DNA of 64,000 nt, taken from Alphaproteobacteria bacterium (GTDB lineage: Bacteria; Pseudomonadota; Alphaproteobacteria; UBA828). This document shows positions 26,133 to 35,121 of the stretch, in pieces (the stretch's first letter is position 1; each line of letters starts with the position of its first letter). The stretch lies in assembly GCA_965216915.1 (NCBI GenBank), contig CBDCGS010000011.1, positions 195,404 through 259,403 of the forward strand, in the 5' to 3' direction. A model generated the notes under the pieces. It did no database searches and had not been told where the DNA came from. It was given only the letters and a program-made list of their open reading frames with translations. The position numbers were made by a program, and so were the translations under genes.

Positions 26133-27623
26133 CTATTCCGCGGCCTGCGCGCGGAAGCCGTCGATCCAGCGATAGTCGGCGCCGTCGCGCCCGCCCTCGC
26201 TCACCACGCCGATGCCCATATAGAGCAAAACGTTGTCGAGGGTGGGCGGGTCGATCTCGCCCGAATACATGCGGTCGACGATCGTCTCGTGCTTCTTGTA
26301 GCGGTCGGGGTCGGTGGTGAAGATCCACCGGCAGACCTCGGTGCAGAAATTGTGGCGCCGCCCCTCATGCTCCAGCTGGTAGGCCCGCGCCTTCCAGGGC
26401 TCGCCGGGCCGGTTGGAGATCGGGATCTGGCACATGTTGCAGATGATCGGGATGCAGTTCGGGTGTGTCTTCTCCTCGTGCCCCGCCAGGAGGTTGTTGG
26501 TGATCACGTCCCAATAGGTGCCGAAGGAGGCGTTCCAGCCCGGATATTTTTCCTCCAGCCACTCCCGCTCCGCCGGGCCCACATTGCCGGGCGGGTTCCA
26601 CCAGACGGTTGGGCGCCACGACCAGATGCCGCCTTGCTGGCAATGATGGTGGTTCTCGATGTCGTCGAGGAAAAGGTCCCAATACCAGGGCCGCTCGAGG
26701 CCGATGTCGGCCACCTGACGGTCATACTGGCGGATGATCCACTCGTGCATGAACTCCTTGAACGACATGTGCCGCTGCTCGAGCGGGATGTAGTAGTCCA
26801 TGGGGATGCCGACGGCGATGGCGAAGAGCCGCCACATGCGCCAGAACGCGACGTCCAGGGCCTGCTGCGCCTCGGCCTTCTTGCCGTTGCGGATCATGAT
26901 TTCGATCGTCGGCGTGCCGAGCTGGGCGTGGCGCGCCTCGTCCGACTGGATGCTCGTGATCAGGTTCGCGAAGGTGTAATCGCCCATGTTGGCGGCGTCC
27001 GTCGACAGCCCGATCATTTGCAGGTTGGTGAGGCCGGTTTCGAAGGCGAACGAGACCATGACCGAGCCCGTGATCGCATCCCGCGACATCATGATGTCGT
27101 CGATGGCATGGCGCCCGCCGAGGATCGCCCAGTTTTTCGTATGCGCCGCCTGGTGCGCCCAATCGAAATGGCGGTTCATCGAGACCAGCTCGTGCGGGAA
27201 ATAGAGCTGGAGCTGCGCGTGACGCATCTCGTCGAGCATGCCGTAGGTCGCCATGTTGCGCATGCTCGGCGAGGGGCCGAAGCGCGCCATCCGCGCCTGG
27301 AACTGGCAGGCCTGATACTCCGTCAGCGCAACAATACCGTAGTGCAGCTTGAGCACGCTCGCCCAGCCTTCGTCCGCCTGCTCGTAGAAGCGCGAGCGGG
27401 CGAGCGCCGCCTTGACCGAATAGGCGCTCGAATCCTTCTCCCGCTGGACCTTCACATACTCGCGATAGGAGACCTTGTAGGGTTCGTCGAAGCTCTCCCA
27501 TTCACTCACCGGGATGCCGTAGGGATCGCTCATCCCGGGTGGGAACAGCTCTTCGGCGGACACGTATTTCGGCGTCCAGTTGGTGTCCCGCGCGATGTCG
27601 TACCAGGCGGACCGGTCAAGCAT
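26133..27623 (-). CDS. tmoA: soluble diiron monooxygenase hydroxylase alpha subunit (toluene-4-monooxygenase TmoA-like)
   Basis: Two diiron ExxH motifs (LDEMRHAQL and SDEARHAQL). N-terminal MLDRSAWYDIARDTNWTPKY resembles TmoA. Start ATG at 27623 is preceded by AGGAGG at -7; the ORF track's 27671 is a TTG further upstream. Confidence 0.9.
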   Translation of the reverse strand: MLDRSAWYDIARDTNWTPKYVSAEELFPPGMSDPYGIPVSEWESFDEPYKVSYREYVKVQREKDSSAYSVKAALARSRFYEQADEGWASVLKLHYGIVALTEYQACQFQARMARFGPSPSMRNMATYGMLDEMRHAQLQLYFPHELVSMNRHFDWAHQAAHTKNWAILGGRHAIDDIMMSRDAITGSVMVSFAFETGLTNLQMIGLSTDAANMGDYTFANLITSIQSDEARHAQLGTPTIEIMIRNGKKAEAQQALDVAFWRMWRLFAIAVGIPMDYYIPLEQRHMSFKEFMHEWIIRQYDRQVADIGLERPWYWDLFLDDIENHHHCQQGGIWSWRPTVWWNPPGNVGPAEREWLEEKYPGWNASFGTYWDVITNNLLAGHEEKTHPNCIPIICNMCQIPISNRPGEPWKARAYQLEHEGRRHNFCTEVCRWIFTTDPDRYKKHETIVDRMYSGEIDPPTLDNVLLYMGIGVVSEGGRDGADYRWIDGFRAQAAE

Positions 27624-27643
27624 GGCAAACCTCCTGGACACGG

Positions 27644-27672
27644 CGCCGCGGCGCTGCGTCGGCGTGCCCAAA
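27644..27672 (-). promoter_or_regulatory. candidate sigma-54 (-24/-12) promoter for the tmoA operon
   Basis: The minus strand reads TTGGGCACGccgaCGCAGC, which matches GG-N10-GC spacing with 5/6 of TGGCAC. It lies about 20-45 nt upstream of the tmoA ATG. The match is only partial. Confidence 0.2.
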
Positions 27673-27813
27673 ACCCATCGATCTGTCAGGGCATTGTCGG
27701 TTCAGACGGGCGTGAAAGGCAAGCGTTTCGGCCTCAGACGCCCCTCTTGAACGCACGCCATGGGCCGGGCATCGTGCGGACTCGCGTGCGACATCGAGGC
27801 AGGGAGGCAAATC

Positions 27814-29166
27814 GTGGCCCAACGGCGGAAACACAGTGGCGGGCGTGGCGGCATCCAAACTGCGCTCGCCGCGCTGAAGAAGGACGGCATCCAGCACATC
27901 CGGTTCGAGCTTCCAGACATGCATGGCAGCGCGCGCTCCAAGCAGGTGCCCGTGGAGCGCTTTGCCGAGTTCGTCCGCGACGGGGTGAACATGTATGGCG
28001 GCATCGTCGCCCTCGACACGGCCTCCCACGTGATCCCCGGCACCCGCTACAACGAGGAGGTCAAATATCGCGATCAGACCCTGATCGCGGACCTTGCCAC
28101 CCTCCAAACCGTTCCCTGGATCCCCGAGACAGCGCGGGTGATCTGCGACACCCAATGGGCCGACGGCACGCCTCTCCACGGCGCGCCGCGTCACGTTGTT
28201 CGCCGCTTGCTCGATGCCGTCGACGCGCTCGGCTACAAGGCCGTCATGTCCCACGAGTACGAGTTCTATGTGCTCGATTCGGCGAATCACAGGCCGCTCT
28301 TCGAGGGCGTGCACATCTTCAACAACCTCAGAAACGAGCATATCCCGGCGGTCCGCGCCGTGGTCGATGGGCTGCGCGCCGCCGGCCTGCCGATGCTCAC
28401 CGCCAACGCCGAATACGCGCCCTCGCAATACGAGCTCGTCTACAGCCACGCCGAGGGCATGGCCGCCGTCGACAACGCCTACACCTTCAAGAATGCCGTG
28501 AAGGAGATCGTGCAGCACGCGGGGCACACCGCGACCTTCATGTCGAAGCCGTTCAGCGACACGGCCGGCTCCGGCTGCCACTTCCACATCAGCTTGGTCG
28601 ACAAGAAAACCGGGCGGAATGTGTTCTACAACCCGCGCAAGCGGGGTGAGATGCCGGATGTCCTGCGCCATTTCGTGCAGGGCATCATCAGTCATGGGCG
28701 CGCCTGCACGGCGCTCTTCAATCCGACCCCCAACTGCTACCGGCGCCTCAGGCCCCACACCTTCGCGCCCTCCAACATTTCCTGGGGCGAGGAGGATCGA
28801 AGCGCCATGGTGCGCATCAAGCGTGCGGGCAGCAATGCCATGCATGTGGAGATGCGGGCCTCCTCGTCCATCAGCAACCCCTATCTCGTGGCCGCGGGCA
28901 CGCTCGCCTGCGGGCTGCTCGGCCTCAAGGAGGCGATGCCGCTCGTCGAGCAAACCGCCGGTCCGAGCGAGGACGACCCGACCCTCCCGCCCTTCCCCGC
29001 CAACCTCGACGCCGCGCTCGACGCGCTCAACGGCGACAGGGCGGTCGTCGACCTGCTGGGCGAGGAATTCGTCGACATCTTCACGACCATGAAGCGCGCC
29101 GAACTCGCGCGTTTCCACACCGAGGTGACCGAGTGGGAGCGGCGTGAATATATCGAGCTCTACTAA
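27814..29166 (+). CDS. glutamine synthetase family protein (GlnA-like; gamma-glutamyl-amine ligase type, e.g. PuuA/GmaS/IpuC-like)
   Basis: GS catalytic domain (beta-grasp N-domain IQHIRFELPDMHG and C-domain motifs). Start proposed at the GTG at 27814, preceded by GGGAGG; the ORF track's ATG at 27760 has no Shine-Dalgarno sequence. Confidence 0.8.
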   Translation: MAQRRKHSGGRGGIQTALAALKKDGIQHIRFELPDMHGSARSKQVPVERFAEFVRDGVNMYGGIVALDTASHVIPGTRYNEEVKYRDQTLIADLATLQTVPWIPETARVICDTQWADGTPLHGAPRHVVRRLLDAVDALGYKAVMSHEYEFYVLDSANHRPLFEGVHIFNNLRNEHIPAVRAVVDGLRAAGLPMLTANAEYAPSQYELVYSHAEGMAAVDNAYTFKNAVKEIVQHAGHTATFMSKPFSDTAGSGCHFHISLVDKKTGRNVFYNPRKRGEMPDVLRHFVQGIISHGRACTALFNPTPNCYRRLRPHTFAPSNISWGEEDRSAMVRIKRAGSNAMHVEMRASSSISNPYLVAAGTLACGLLGLKEAMPLVEQTAGPSEDDPTLPPFPANLDAALDALNGDRAVVDLLGEEFVDIFTTMKRAELARFHTEVTEWERREYIELY

Positions 29167-29193
29167 CCGACGAGCACATCTAGGAGAGGCCAC

Positions 29194-29583
29194 ATGGTGA
29201 CGTTTCATCGCTCGATGCCGATCCTCGAAGTGTCGGATGTCGTGGCGAGCGGCACGTTCTATCGCGAGAAACTCGGCTTCCAAACCGCGTTCTTCGGCGA
29301 CCCGCCGGCTTTTTGCATCGTTGGGCGGGATGCGGTCACGATCGGGCTGGACCAGGCCAGATCGCCGAACCGCGCGCCGCAGAACGCGGGGTGGGCGGCC
29401 TATCTGTACGTCGACGATGCCGAGGCTCTCTGCGGCGAGTTTCGCGCGGCCGGCGTCGACATCACGCGCGAGCCCGAGGATACGTTCTACGGATGCCGCG
29501 ACTTCGATATCCGCGATCCCGATGGCCATCTCATCGCCTTCGGGCAGGATCTCCATCCGGGTCCGGATGGCCCGGGCTTGTAG
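29194..29583 (+). CDS. VOC family protein (glyoxalase/bleomycin-resistance/dioxygenase fold)
   Basis: 129 aa (LEVSDVVASGTFYREKLGF...DFDIRDPDGHLIAFGQ). Confidence 0.7.
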   Translation: MVTFHRSMPILEVSDVVASGTFYREKLGFQTAFFGDPPAFCIVGRDAVTIGLDQARSPNRAPQNAGWAAYLYVDDAEALCGEFRAAGVDITREPEDTFYGCRDFDIRDPDGHLIAFGQDLHPGPDGPGL

Positions 29584-29636
29584 GCAGCATCACCGATCTC
29601 GACGACGTATCGGCGCGGCGCTAGGCTAGCGGCACC

Positions 29637-29993
29637 GTGAAGGGAGGAGCCATGAGCGCGCAGGATGCCGGGCGCGGCTGCCACGATGTGGGCGGCCTGC
29701 CCGCCGATCAGGTCGACAGAGCCGAGCATGCCTCGGCGCTCTGGGAGAAGCGGGTCGATGCCTTGATGATGCTGCTCTCCAACCGCTCACGGCGGGTCAT
29801 CACCGTCGATGAGCTGCGGCGCGGCATCGAGGAGCTCGGCGCCGACGCCTACGACCGCATGAGCTATTACGAGCGCTGGATCGCCTCGATCACCCACAAC
29901 CTTTTGGAAAAGGGGGTGATCAGCACCGATGAGCTCGGCCGGCGCATGGCCGAGGTCGAGGCCCGCGGCGATGCCGGGGAGGCGCAACGCTGA
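29637..29993 (+). CDS. nitrile hydratase beta subunit, N-terminal half (split beta)
   Basis: HDVGGLP corresponds to the conserved YDVGG of the NHase beta N-terminus. 118 aa, ending at the natural domain linker. Its stop overlaps the next ATG (ATGA). Confidence 0.7.
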   Translation: MKGGAMSAQDAGRGCHDVGGLPADQVDRAEHASALWEKRVDALMMLLSNRSRRVITVDELRRGIEELGADAYDRMSYYERWIASITHNLLEKGVISTDELGRRMAEVEARGDAGEAQR

Positions 29994-30274
29994 TGGCGCG
30001 CTTCGGGGCCGGCGACACCGTGCGCGTCAGGCGGGCGTTCCCGCCGGGGCACGTGCGCACACCGTATTACATCCGCGGCAAGAGCGGCGTGGTCGAGCGG
30101 CTTTGCGGCGCGTTCGGCAACCCGGAAGAGCTCGCCTTCGGGCGCGACGGCCTGCCCGCGCAGCCGCTTTACCGGGTCCGCTTCGAGCAAGCGACGATTT
30201 GGCCCGACTATGGCGGCCAGGTCGGCGACACGGTCGACGTGGAGCTCTACGAACATTGGCTCGAGCCCGTTTGA
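29993..30274 (+). CDS. nitrile hydratase beta subunit, C-terminal half (split beta)
   Basis: 93 aa. GDTVRVRRAFPPGHVRTPYYIRGKSGVV aligns to the NHase beta C-domain (GDVVRF...GHARRARYVRGKTGTVV) as recalled. Confidence 0.7.
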   Translation: MARFGAGDTVRVRRAFPPGHVRTPYYIRGKSGVVERLCGAFGNPEELAFGRDGLPAQPLYRVRFEQATIWPDYGGQVGDTVDVELYEHWLEPV

Positions 30275-30292
30275 AACAGGAAAGACGCAACC

Positions 30293-30919
30293 ATGAGCGA
30301 GCACCCGCATGATCATGTCCCGCCGCCGGAAGAGGATGGTGCGTTGAGCCACTACCAAATCATGGAAATCGCCGTGCGCGAGCTTCTCGTGGAAAAGGGC
30401 GTGTTCAGCGCCGACGACGTGCGCGCCGAGATCGAGGCGATGGATGCCCGAAGCCCCGCGCAGGGCGCGGCCGTGGTCGCCCGTGCCTGGACGGACCCCG
30501 CGTTCAAGGCCTCTCTCCTGGAAGACGGCACCGCCGCCTGCGCCTCGCTCGGTCTCGACATGGGGCCCATCAATCTGGTGGTCGTCGAGAACACGCCCCA
30601 GGTGCATAACGTGATCGTCTGCACCCTTTGCTCCTGCTACCCACGGTTCCTGCTCGGCATTCCCCCGGCTTGGTACAAATCGAAGGCCTACCGCTCGCGC
30701 GTCGTGCGCGAGCCGCGCACCGTGCTGCGCGAATTCGGCACCGAGCTTCCAGGCGACGTCGCGGTGAGGGTGCATGATTCCACCGCCGACATGCGCTACC
30801 TCGTGTTGCCGATGCGCCCAGCGGGAACCGACGGCTGGTCGCGAGAGGCGCTGGCTGATCTCGTCGGGCGCGACAGCCTGATCGGGGTCACCCTGCCCAG
30901 CCAGCCGGCAAGCGCGTAG
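30293..30919 (+). CDS. nitrile hydratase alpha subunit, cobalt type
   Basis: VCTLCSCYP metal-binding motif; threonine (not serine) in the motif and tyrosine after it indicate Co-type. The downstream PPAWYKS...YRSRVV...RYLVLPMRPAGTDGWS is nearly identical to known NHase alpha subunits. Confidence 0.85.
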   Translation: MSEHPHDHVPPPEEDGALSHYQIMEIAVRELLVEKGVFSADDVRAEIEAMDARSPAQGAAVVARAWTDPAFKASLLEDGTAACASLGLDMGPINLVVVENTPQVHNVIVCTLCSCYPRFLLGIPPAWYKSKAYRSRVVREPRTVLREFGTELPGDVAVRVHDSTADMRYLVLPMRPAGTDGWSREALADLVGRDSLIGVTLPSQPASA

Positions 30920-30935
30920 CCGAGCGACGCTCGCC

Positions 30936-32612
30936 ATGTACGACCTCGCAATTCGCGGCGCGATGCTTGCCGATGGGCTCGGCGGCCCGCTGCGCCAGGC
31001 CGACGTGGCCGTCGCCGGCGACCGCATCGCGGCCGTCGGCCAGATCGACGAGCCGGTGCGCGAGACGGTCGATGCGGGTGGCCTCGTCCTGGCCCCCGGC
31101 ATTGTCGATGTTCACACCCACTACGACGCGCAGCTCACCTGGGAGACCAGGGCGACGCCATCACCCGCGCTCGGCGTGACCACGGTCGTGGTCGGCAATT
31201 GCGGGTTCGGCATCGCGCCGTGCCCGCCGGACTGCCGTACCCTCATGGCACGCAACCTTGCCGAGGTCGAGGGCATGGCGATCGCCGCGCTCAGCGCGGG
31301 CATCGATTGGAGCTTCGAGACCTTTCCGGAATACCTCGATCTGCTGCGCCGCAAAGGCTGCTATCCCAATGTCGGCGCCTTCATCGGCCACACCGCGGTG
31401 CGCACGGCGGTGCTAGGCGCGGAAGCCTCGGAGCGCGCGGCGACGGACGACGAGGTGGCGACGATGCGCGCGCTCGTCGACGAGGCCATGGCCGCGGGCG
31501 CAATCGGCTTCGCCACGTCGACATCGATCAACCACAACGGCGATGGGGGCGTGCCCGTGCCCTCGCGTCTCGCCGAGGAGAGTGAGCTGCGCGCGCTCGT
31601 CGGCGTCTTGGGCGCGCGCCGGCAGGGTGTGTTCCAGCTCACGGTCGGGCCCAGCGTGACCGTGCCGTTCCTCGAAGCATTGAGCGCGGAGATCGACCGT
31701 CCCGTGTTCATGACCGCGGCGCTCCACAACGACACCTTCCCCGACCGCGCGATCGGCATGCTCGATGACGCGGCGGCCGCGCAATCTCGCGGCCATGGCG
31801 TCTGGGCGCAGGTCTCGTGCCAACCGCTGTCGATGGATTTTTCGATGCAGACGGCCTTCCCGCTGCAAAGCCTCGACGCGTGGGAGCCGCTCCACACCGC
31901 CGATCACACGTCGTTCGTCGACATCATCAAGAGCGACGCCTTCCGCGACCAGTTTCGCGCCGATCTCGAGACACCGAAGCGCGGCACGCTGTTCTACGGC
32001 GACTGGGAAAAGGTCCAAGTCGCCATGACCCACCGCTCCGAGAACCGCGCGCTCGAGGGCGAGACGATCGCGAGCTTGGCGGCGCGCGATGGGCGCGATC
32101 CGGTCGATCTCTTCTTCGATCTCGCCGCGGAGGAGAACCTCGACACCGTGTTCACCGCCGCGCTCCTCAACTCCAACGACACGGCGGTCAAGGAGCTTCT
32201 GCAGCATGATGGGGGGCTGGTCAGCCTTTCCGACGCAGGCGCGCATCTCTGCTACCTGTGCGATGCCGGCTATGGTCTCCACCTGCTCGGCCATTGGGTG
32301 CGGGAGGAGAGCGCCTTCGACCTCGCGGACGGCGTGCGGCGGATCACCAGCCTGCCCGCGCAGCTCTATGGCATCGTCGATCGCGGCGAGATCGCGCCGG
32401 GCAAATTCGCCGACCTCCTGCTCTTCGATCCGCAAACCGTGGCGCGCGGCCCGCTCCGCCGCGTGGGCGACCTTCCCGGCGGCGAAAGCCGCCTGATCCG
32501 TGACCCGCTCGGCGTGCATGGCGTTTGGATCAATGGCGTGATGGTGCACGACGGCCGCGACTACGCCGACGTCGCGCCGCCCGGACGCGTGCTGGACCGC
32601 TTCGCCGCCTGA
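30936..32612 (+). CDS. N-acyl-D-amino-acid deacylase family amidohydrolase (D-aminoacylase-like)
   Basis: 558 aa. N-terminal DLAIRGAMLADG...IVDVHTHYD metal-binding HxH motif and the VVGNCG motif characteristic of the D-aminoacylase family. Confidence 0.8.
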   Translation: MYDLAIRGAMLADGLGGPLRQADVAVAGDRIAAVGQIDEPVRETVDAGGLVLAPGIVDVHTHYDAQLTWETRATPSPALGVTTVVVGNCGFGIAPCPPDCRTLMARNLAEVEGMAIAALSAGIDWSFETFPEYLDLLRRKGCYPNVGAFIGHTAVRTAVLGAEASERAATDDEVATMRALVDEAMAAGAIGFATSTSINHNGDGGVPVPSRLAEESELRALVGVLGARRQGVFQLTVGPSVTVPFLEALSAEIDRPVFMTAALHNDTFPDRAIGMLDDAAAAQSRGHGVWAQVSCQPLSMDFSMQTAFPLQSLDAWEPLHTADHTSFVDIIKSDAFRDQFRADLETPKRGTLFYGDWEKVQVAMTHRSENRALEGETIASLAARDGRDPVDLFFDLAAEENLDTVFTAALLNSNDTAVKELLQHDGGLVSLSDAGAHLCYLCDAGYGLHLLGHWVREESAFDLADGVRRITSLPAQLYGIVDRGEIAPGKFADLLLFDPQTVARGPLRRVGDLPGGESRLIRDPLGVHGVWINGVMVHDGRDYADVAPPGRVLDRFAA

Positions 32613-32695
32613 GGTGGAGCGGGACGGGCCGGGCAGCGCAAGCCACCCATTGACCTCCGCCGAGGGGACGCGCCGCGTGGTACGCCTTTCGCGTG

Positions 32696-32721
32696 TGCAT
32701 GAGTGAACGTGACATGCTCTA
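32696..32721 (-). repeat. truncated fragment of the RIME/REP-like repeat
   Basis: gcatgagtgaacgtgacatgctctag matches the reverse complement of the 5' arm of copy 2 (gcatg[agcatgc]gtgaacgtgacatgc) fused directly to the terminal tctag. Confidence 0.35.
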
Positions 32722-32746
32722 GACACGCCCCAGGGACGCAGCCGCC

Positions 32747-33679
32747 ATGGAGCAGATCCTCTCCGCCTGTGTCCCGGTGTTCGGGATTGTCGCGTGTGGC
32801 TACGTCGTCGGCCGGCTCGGGATCCTCGGGACGGGTGCGGTCGCTGCGCTGAACCGCTTCGTCTATGCGATCGGCTTTCCGGCGCTGCTGATCCACGGCC
32901 TGGCGCGGATCGACATCGGCACTGAGCTCCGCTGGGACTTCCTCGGGGCCTATGCGTTCGGACTCGGTGTCACGGCGCTGCTGGCGCTCGGCAGCCTGCG
33001 GCTCGACGGCACCGCGGGCGCCAAGCCGGCGGCGATGCGGGTCGTCAACGCGACCTATGGCAACACCGGCTATCTCGGCATCCCGCTCGGCGTGATGATC
33101 TTCGGCGAGGCCGCGCTGCCGCCTGCGAGCCTCACCGTGGTCGCGCATAGCGTGTTGGTGCTGCCCATCGCGTGCGCGATGCTCGACGCGCAACGCGGCG
33201 CGCGCTGGTGGACGCCCGGCACTGACACGATGCGCCGGTTGGCGACCAACCCGCTGCTCTGGGGTGTGGCGCTCGGCCTGCTGCTCGCCGCCACAGGCGC
33301 GACGATCCCCGCGCCGATCGACCGCTTTCTGGGGCTTCTCGGCGAGGCGGCGGGCCCGGTCGCGCTGATCAGCATCGGCCTCTTCGGCGCCACCTTGCCG
33401 GCGCGCGCGCTCATCCGCCGCGGCGCGATGCCTTCGGCCTTGAAGCTGATCGCCTTTCCTCTCGCCGTGTGGCTCGCGCTTGAGACCTTTGTCCCGCTCG
33501 ATGGCATGTGGCGCGACATGGCGCTGCTGATGGCGGCGGCGCCGCTCGGTGCGACGGCCTTCGTTCTCGCCGAGCGCAGCGGCGTGGAGCGTGACGAGAC
33601 CTCCGCGACGATCATCGTCACCACCATATTGTCGCTGCCCGTCTTCGCGCTGATCCTATCCTTGGTTGCCACCCCCTGA
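32747..33679 (+). CDS. AEC (auxin efflux carrier) family transporter
   Basis: 310 aa, about 10 TM helices, with the two-repeat topology typical of AEC/malonate-uptake family permeases. Confidence 0.8.
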   Translation: MEQILSACVPVFGIVACGYVVGRLGILGTGAVAALNRFVYAIGFPALLIHGLARIDIGTELRWDFLGAYAFGLGVTALLALGSLRLDGTAGAKPAAMRVVNATYGNTGYLGIPLGVMIFGEAALPPASLTVVAHSVLVLPIACAMLDAQRGARWWTPGTDTMRRLATNPLLWGVALGLLLAATGATIPAPIDRFLGLLGEAAGPVALISIGLFGATLPARALIRRGAMPSALKLIAFPLAVWLALETFVPLDGMWRDMALLMAAAPLGATAFVLAERSGVERDETSATIIVTTILSLPVFALILSLVATP

Positions 33680-33726
33680 CCCTGCGCGATAATGGGCGGG
33701 CAACAACGTCACGGGGGAGCCACGCA

Positions 33727-35121
33727 ATGAGTGACGACGGTTTTGTCCATCCCTATGTACCCAATGCGGCGCCGGGGCCGCGCAGGGCGCTGCTCGATGC
33801 GATCGGTGTCGCAAGCGTCGGCGAGCTCTACGCCGCGATCCCCGAGGCCTTGCGCCTGAAGACGCCGCTCGACCTCCCCGCCCCCCTTCGCGCCGAGCAG
33901 GATCTGCGCAAGCACGTGGAAGGGATCATCGCACGCAATCAGTCCTGCGCCGACCACCTGAACTTCTGCGGTGCCGGCTGCGCGCAGCACTATGTCCCGG
34001 CGATCTGCGACGAAATCGTGCATCGCGGCGAGTTTCTCACCGCTTATGGCGGCGGCACCTATTCCGACCACGGCAAGAACCAGGCGCTCTTCGAGTATCA
34101 GAGCCTGATCGGCGAGCTCGTCGGCATGGAGGTCGTCTCGGCGCCGACTTACGACGCCGGCGCCGCCGCCGACAGCGCCGTCCTCATGGCCTGCCGCATC
34201 ACCGGACGGCGGCGCATTCTCGTGCCCGAAAGCATGAGCGCGGACCGGCGCTCGCAGATGCGCGGCTTCACCAAGCCGCATGCGAGCGTGGAGGTGGTGG
34301 CACGCGATCCCGCGACCGGCCTCCTCGACCTCGCCGATCTCGACGCCAAACTCTCCCCGGACGTCGGGGCGGTGTTGTTCGAAAGCCCGGGCTATCTCGG
34401 ACAGATCGAAACCCAAGCCGCAGAGATCACCGCGCGCGCCCGGAAAGCCGGTGCGCTTTCGATCGCCGGCGTGGACCCGATCAGCCTCGGGGTGCTCGCC
34501 GCCCCCGCCGACTATGGCGCCGATTTCGTGATCGGCGACTTGCAGCCGCTCGGGATCCACATGTATGCGGGTGGCGGGAACGCCGGGTTCATCGCGAGCC
34601 GCGACGAGGAGCGCTTCGTCGCCGAGTTTCCCTCGATGCTGTTCAGCATCGCACCCGGCAGCGATGACGGCACGTTCGGCTTCGCCTGGTCGACCATGGA
34701 GCGCACCTCCTACGACACCCGGCACGACGCGACGGACTATTACGGCACGACCCAGTGGATCTGGGGTATCGGCGCCGCGGTCTATCTCGCCCTGCTCGGG
34801 CCGAAGGGACTCGCCGAGCTTGGCAGCGGCATCATGCAGCGTGCGCGATATGCCGCCGAACGCATCGCCGGCCTCGACGGCGTCAGCGTTCCCCGGCTCG
34901 ACCAGCCGTTCTTCAAGGAGTTCGTCGTGGATTTCTCAGGCACCGGAAAATCGGTCGCCTCCATAAACACCGCACTGCGCGAGGCGGGCATCTTCGGCGG
35001 CAAGGATTTGAGCGGCGAGTTCCCCGACCTCCGGCATAGCGCGCTCTATTGCGTCACGGAGGTCCACGGCAAGGCCGACATCGACCGGCTGGTCGATGCG
35101 TTGACGGAGGCTGTGCGATGA
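33727..35121 (+). CDS. gcvPA: glycine dehydrogenase (decarboxylating) subunit 1-like (GcvPA family)
   Basis: 464 aa. Subunit-1 architecture (YVPNAAP...TAYGGGTYSDHGKNQALFEYQ). Confidence 0.8.
   Translation: MSDDGFVHPYVPNAAPGPRRALLDAIGVASVGELYAAIPEALRLKTPLDLPAPLRAEQDLRKHVEGIIARNQSCADHLNFCGAGCAQHYVPAICDEIVHRGEFLTAYGGGTYSDHGKNQALFEYQSLIGELVGMEVVSAPTYDAGAAADSAVLMACRITGRRRILVPESMSADRRSQMRGFTKPHASVEVVARDPATGLLDLADLDAKLSPDVGAVLFESPGYLGQIETQAAEITARARKAGALSIAGVDPISLGVLAAPADYGADFVIGDLQPLGIHMYAGGGNAGFIASRDEERFVAEFPSMLFSIAPGSDDGTFGFAWSTMERTSYDTRHDATDYYGTTQWIWGIGAAVYLALLGPKGLAELGSGIMQRARYAAERIAGLDGVSVPRLDQPFFKEFVVDFSGTGKSVASINTALREAGIFGGKDLSGEFPDLRHSALYCVTEVHGKADIDRLVDALTEAVR

Noticed and set aside
25335-28649. 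1104-aa plus-strand ORF spanning the tmo genes
   Set aside because: It is antisense to tmoD, tmoC, tmoB and tmoA, which all have strong family-specific motifs. It is a low-complexity artefact.
27616-29556. 646-aa minus-strand ORF antisense to the GS-like gene
   Set aside because: No domain content and an Arg/Gly/Ala-rich composition. The plus-strand frame carries a clear glutamine synthetase catalytic domain.
29637-30274. Possibility that the two beta-subunit ORFs are a frameshifted pseudogene
   Set aside because: The break sits at the natural interdomain linker. The second ORF has its own ATG overlapping the first stop (TGATG), both halves are full length, and the arrangement matches known three-subunit NHase-family enzymes.
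29637-30919. Thiocyanate hydrolase (SCNase) identity for the three-gene NHase-like set
   Set aside because: The alpha-type subunit is near-identical in its metal-binding and downstream regions to ordinary Co-type NHase alpha. The genomic context is heterotrophic catabolism and not sulfur chemolithotrophy. SCNase cannot be fully excluded from sequence alone.
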